Source of the DNA: Narcine bancroftii
Taxonomy: Eukaryota
NCBI RefSeq assembly: GCF_036971445.1
Contig: NC_091482.1
Coordinates: forward strand, 60,884,001 to 60,948,000
Direction of reading: 5' to 3'
Length of the DNA stretch: 64,000 bases
Shown: positions 63,392 through 64,000 of the stretch, one piece after another
Layout: every line of letters starts with the position of its first letter
How positions within the stretch are numbered: the stretch's first letter is position 1
Position numbers and translations under genes: made by a program
Notes under the pieces: generated by a model
The model's input: the letters and a program-made list of their open reading frames with translations, nothing else
Told to the model about the DNA's origin: nothing
Databases searched by the model: none

Positions 63392-64000
63392 CCTCCATTC
63401 CTACTCATTATATACCCATGACTGTGTGGCCAGGCACAATTCAAATGCTATTTACAAATTTGCCAATGACACCACATCTGTCGGCAGAATCACAGATGGC
63501 AATGAGGAAGCCTACAGGAGGGAGATAGATCAGTTAGTTGAATGGTGTCACAACAACCACCTTGCACTCAACGTTAGCAAAACCAAGGAGATGATTCTGG
63601 AGTTCAGAAGGGGAGTCAGGGGAACATGACCCAATCCCCATTGAGGGCTCTGCAGTGGAGAGGGTCAAGAACCTCAAATTCCTAGTTGTCAACATCTCCG
63701 ATGATCTGCCCTGCAGCCTCCATGAAGGCGGCTCCTCTGTGGCTATACTTTGTGAGATGTTTGAGGAGATTCGATGTCACTGAAGACTCTCAAACTTCTA
63801 TAGGTGTACCATGGAGAGCATTCTAGGTGGTTGCATCACTGTTTGTTATGGAGGTGCCAACATGCAGGGCAAGAAAAACCTCCAGAGGGTTGGTAACTCA
63901 GCCTGCAACATCACGGGCCCAGTCTTCACTCCGTCAAGAACATTAAAAAAGCCACTTCTATCCTCAAGGATCCTCACCACCCAGGCCATGCCCTCTTCAC
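63392..64000 (+). mobile_element. Rex1/Babar LINE fragment, runs off the window
   Basis: YTHDCVARHNSNAIYKFANDT..LNVSKTKEMILEFRR; same family as 28878-29790. Confidence 0.85.

Overview
Eukaryotic vertebrate genomic DNA. The repeat complement (abundant CR1 LINEs, Rex1/Babar, Penelope-derived elements, tRNA-derived SINEs) suggests a cartilaginous fish; this is an inference. Three multi-exon genes lie in tandem on the minus strand, and I reconstructed each by hand with GT-AG junctions and consistent phase: BLOC1S6/pallidin (5 coding exons, 62306->55216, about 170 aa, possibly with a further 5' exon outside the window), SQOR (9 coding exons, 43977->31110, 442 aa) and SPPL2A (15 coding exons, 26136->2034, 527 aa, with YD, GFGD and QPALLY motifs). 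Introns and intergenic DNA are packed with decayed transposable elements and several homogeneous minisatellites. I found no CRISPR array, rRNA or tRNA gene, and no convincing new multi-gene system. The best leads are: (1) a non-autonomous Chapaev3-like DNA transposon whose end appears to supply the splice acceptor and 5'UTR of the first coding exon of SQOR; (2) a 924-bp retroviral-type LTR with a perfect tRNA-Trp primer-binding site and leader splice donor, antisense in the last SQOR intron and bracketed by a 62-bp direct repeat; (3) fold-back palindromes built from Penelope ends with hammerhead-like cores, one showing arm-to-arm homogenisation; (4) a young RTE LINE resembling AviRTE; (5) a perfect 15-bp x ~48.5 array born inside a CR1. 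Exon coordinates were counted by hand; repeat boundaries are approximate.
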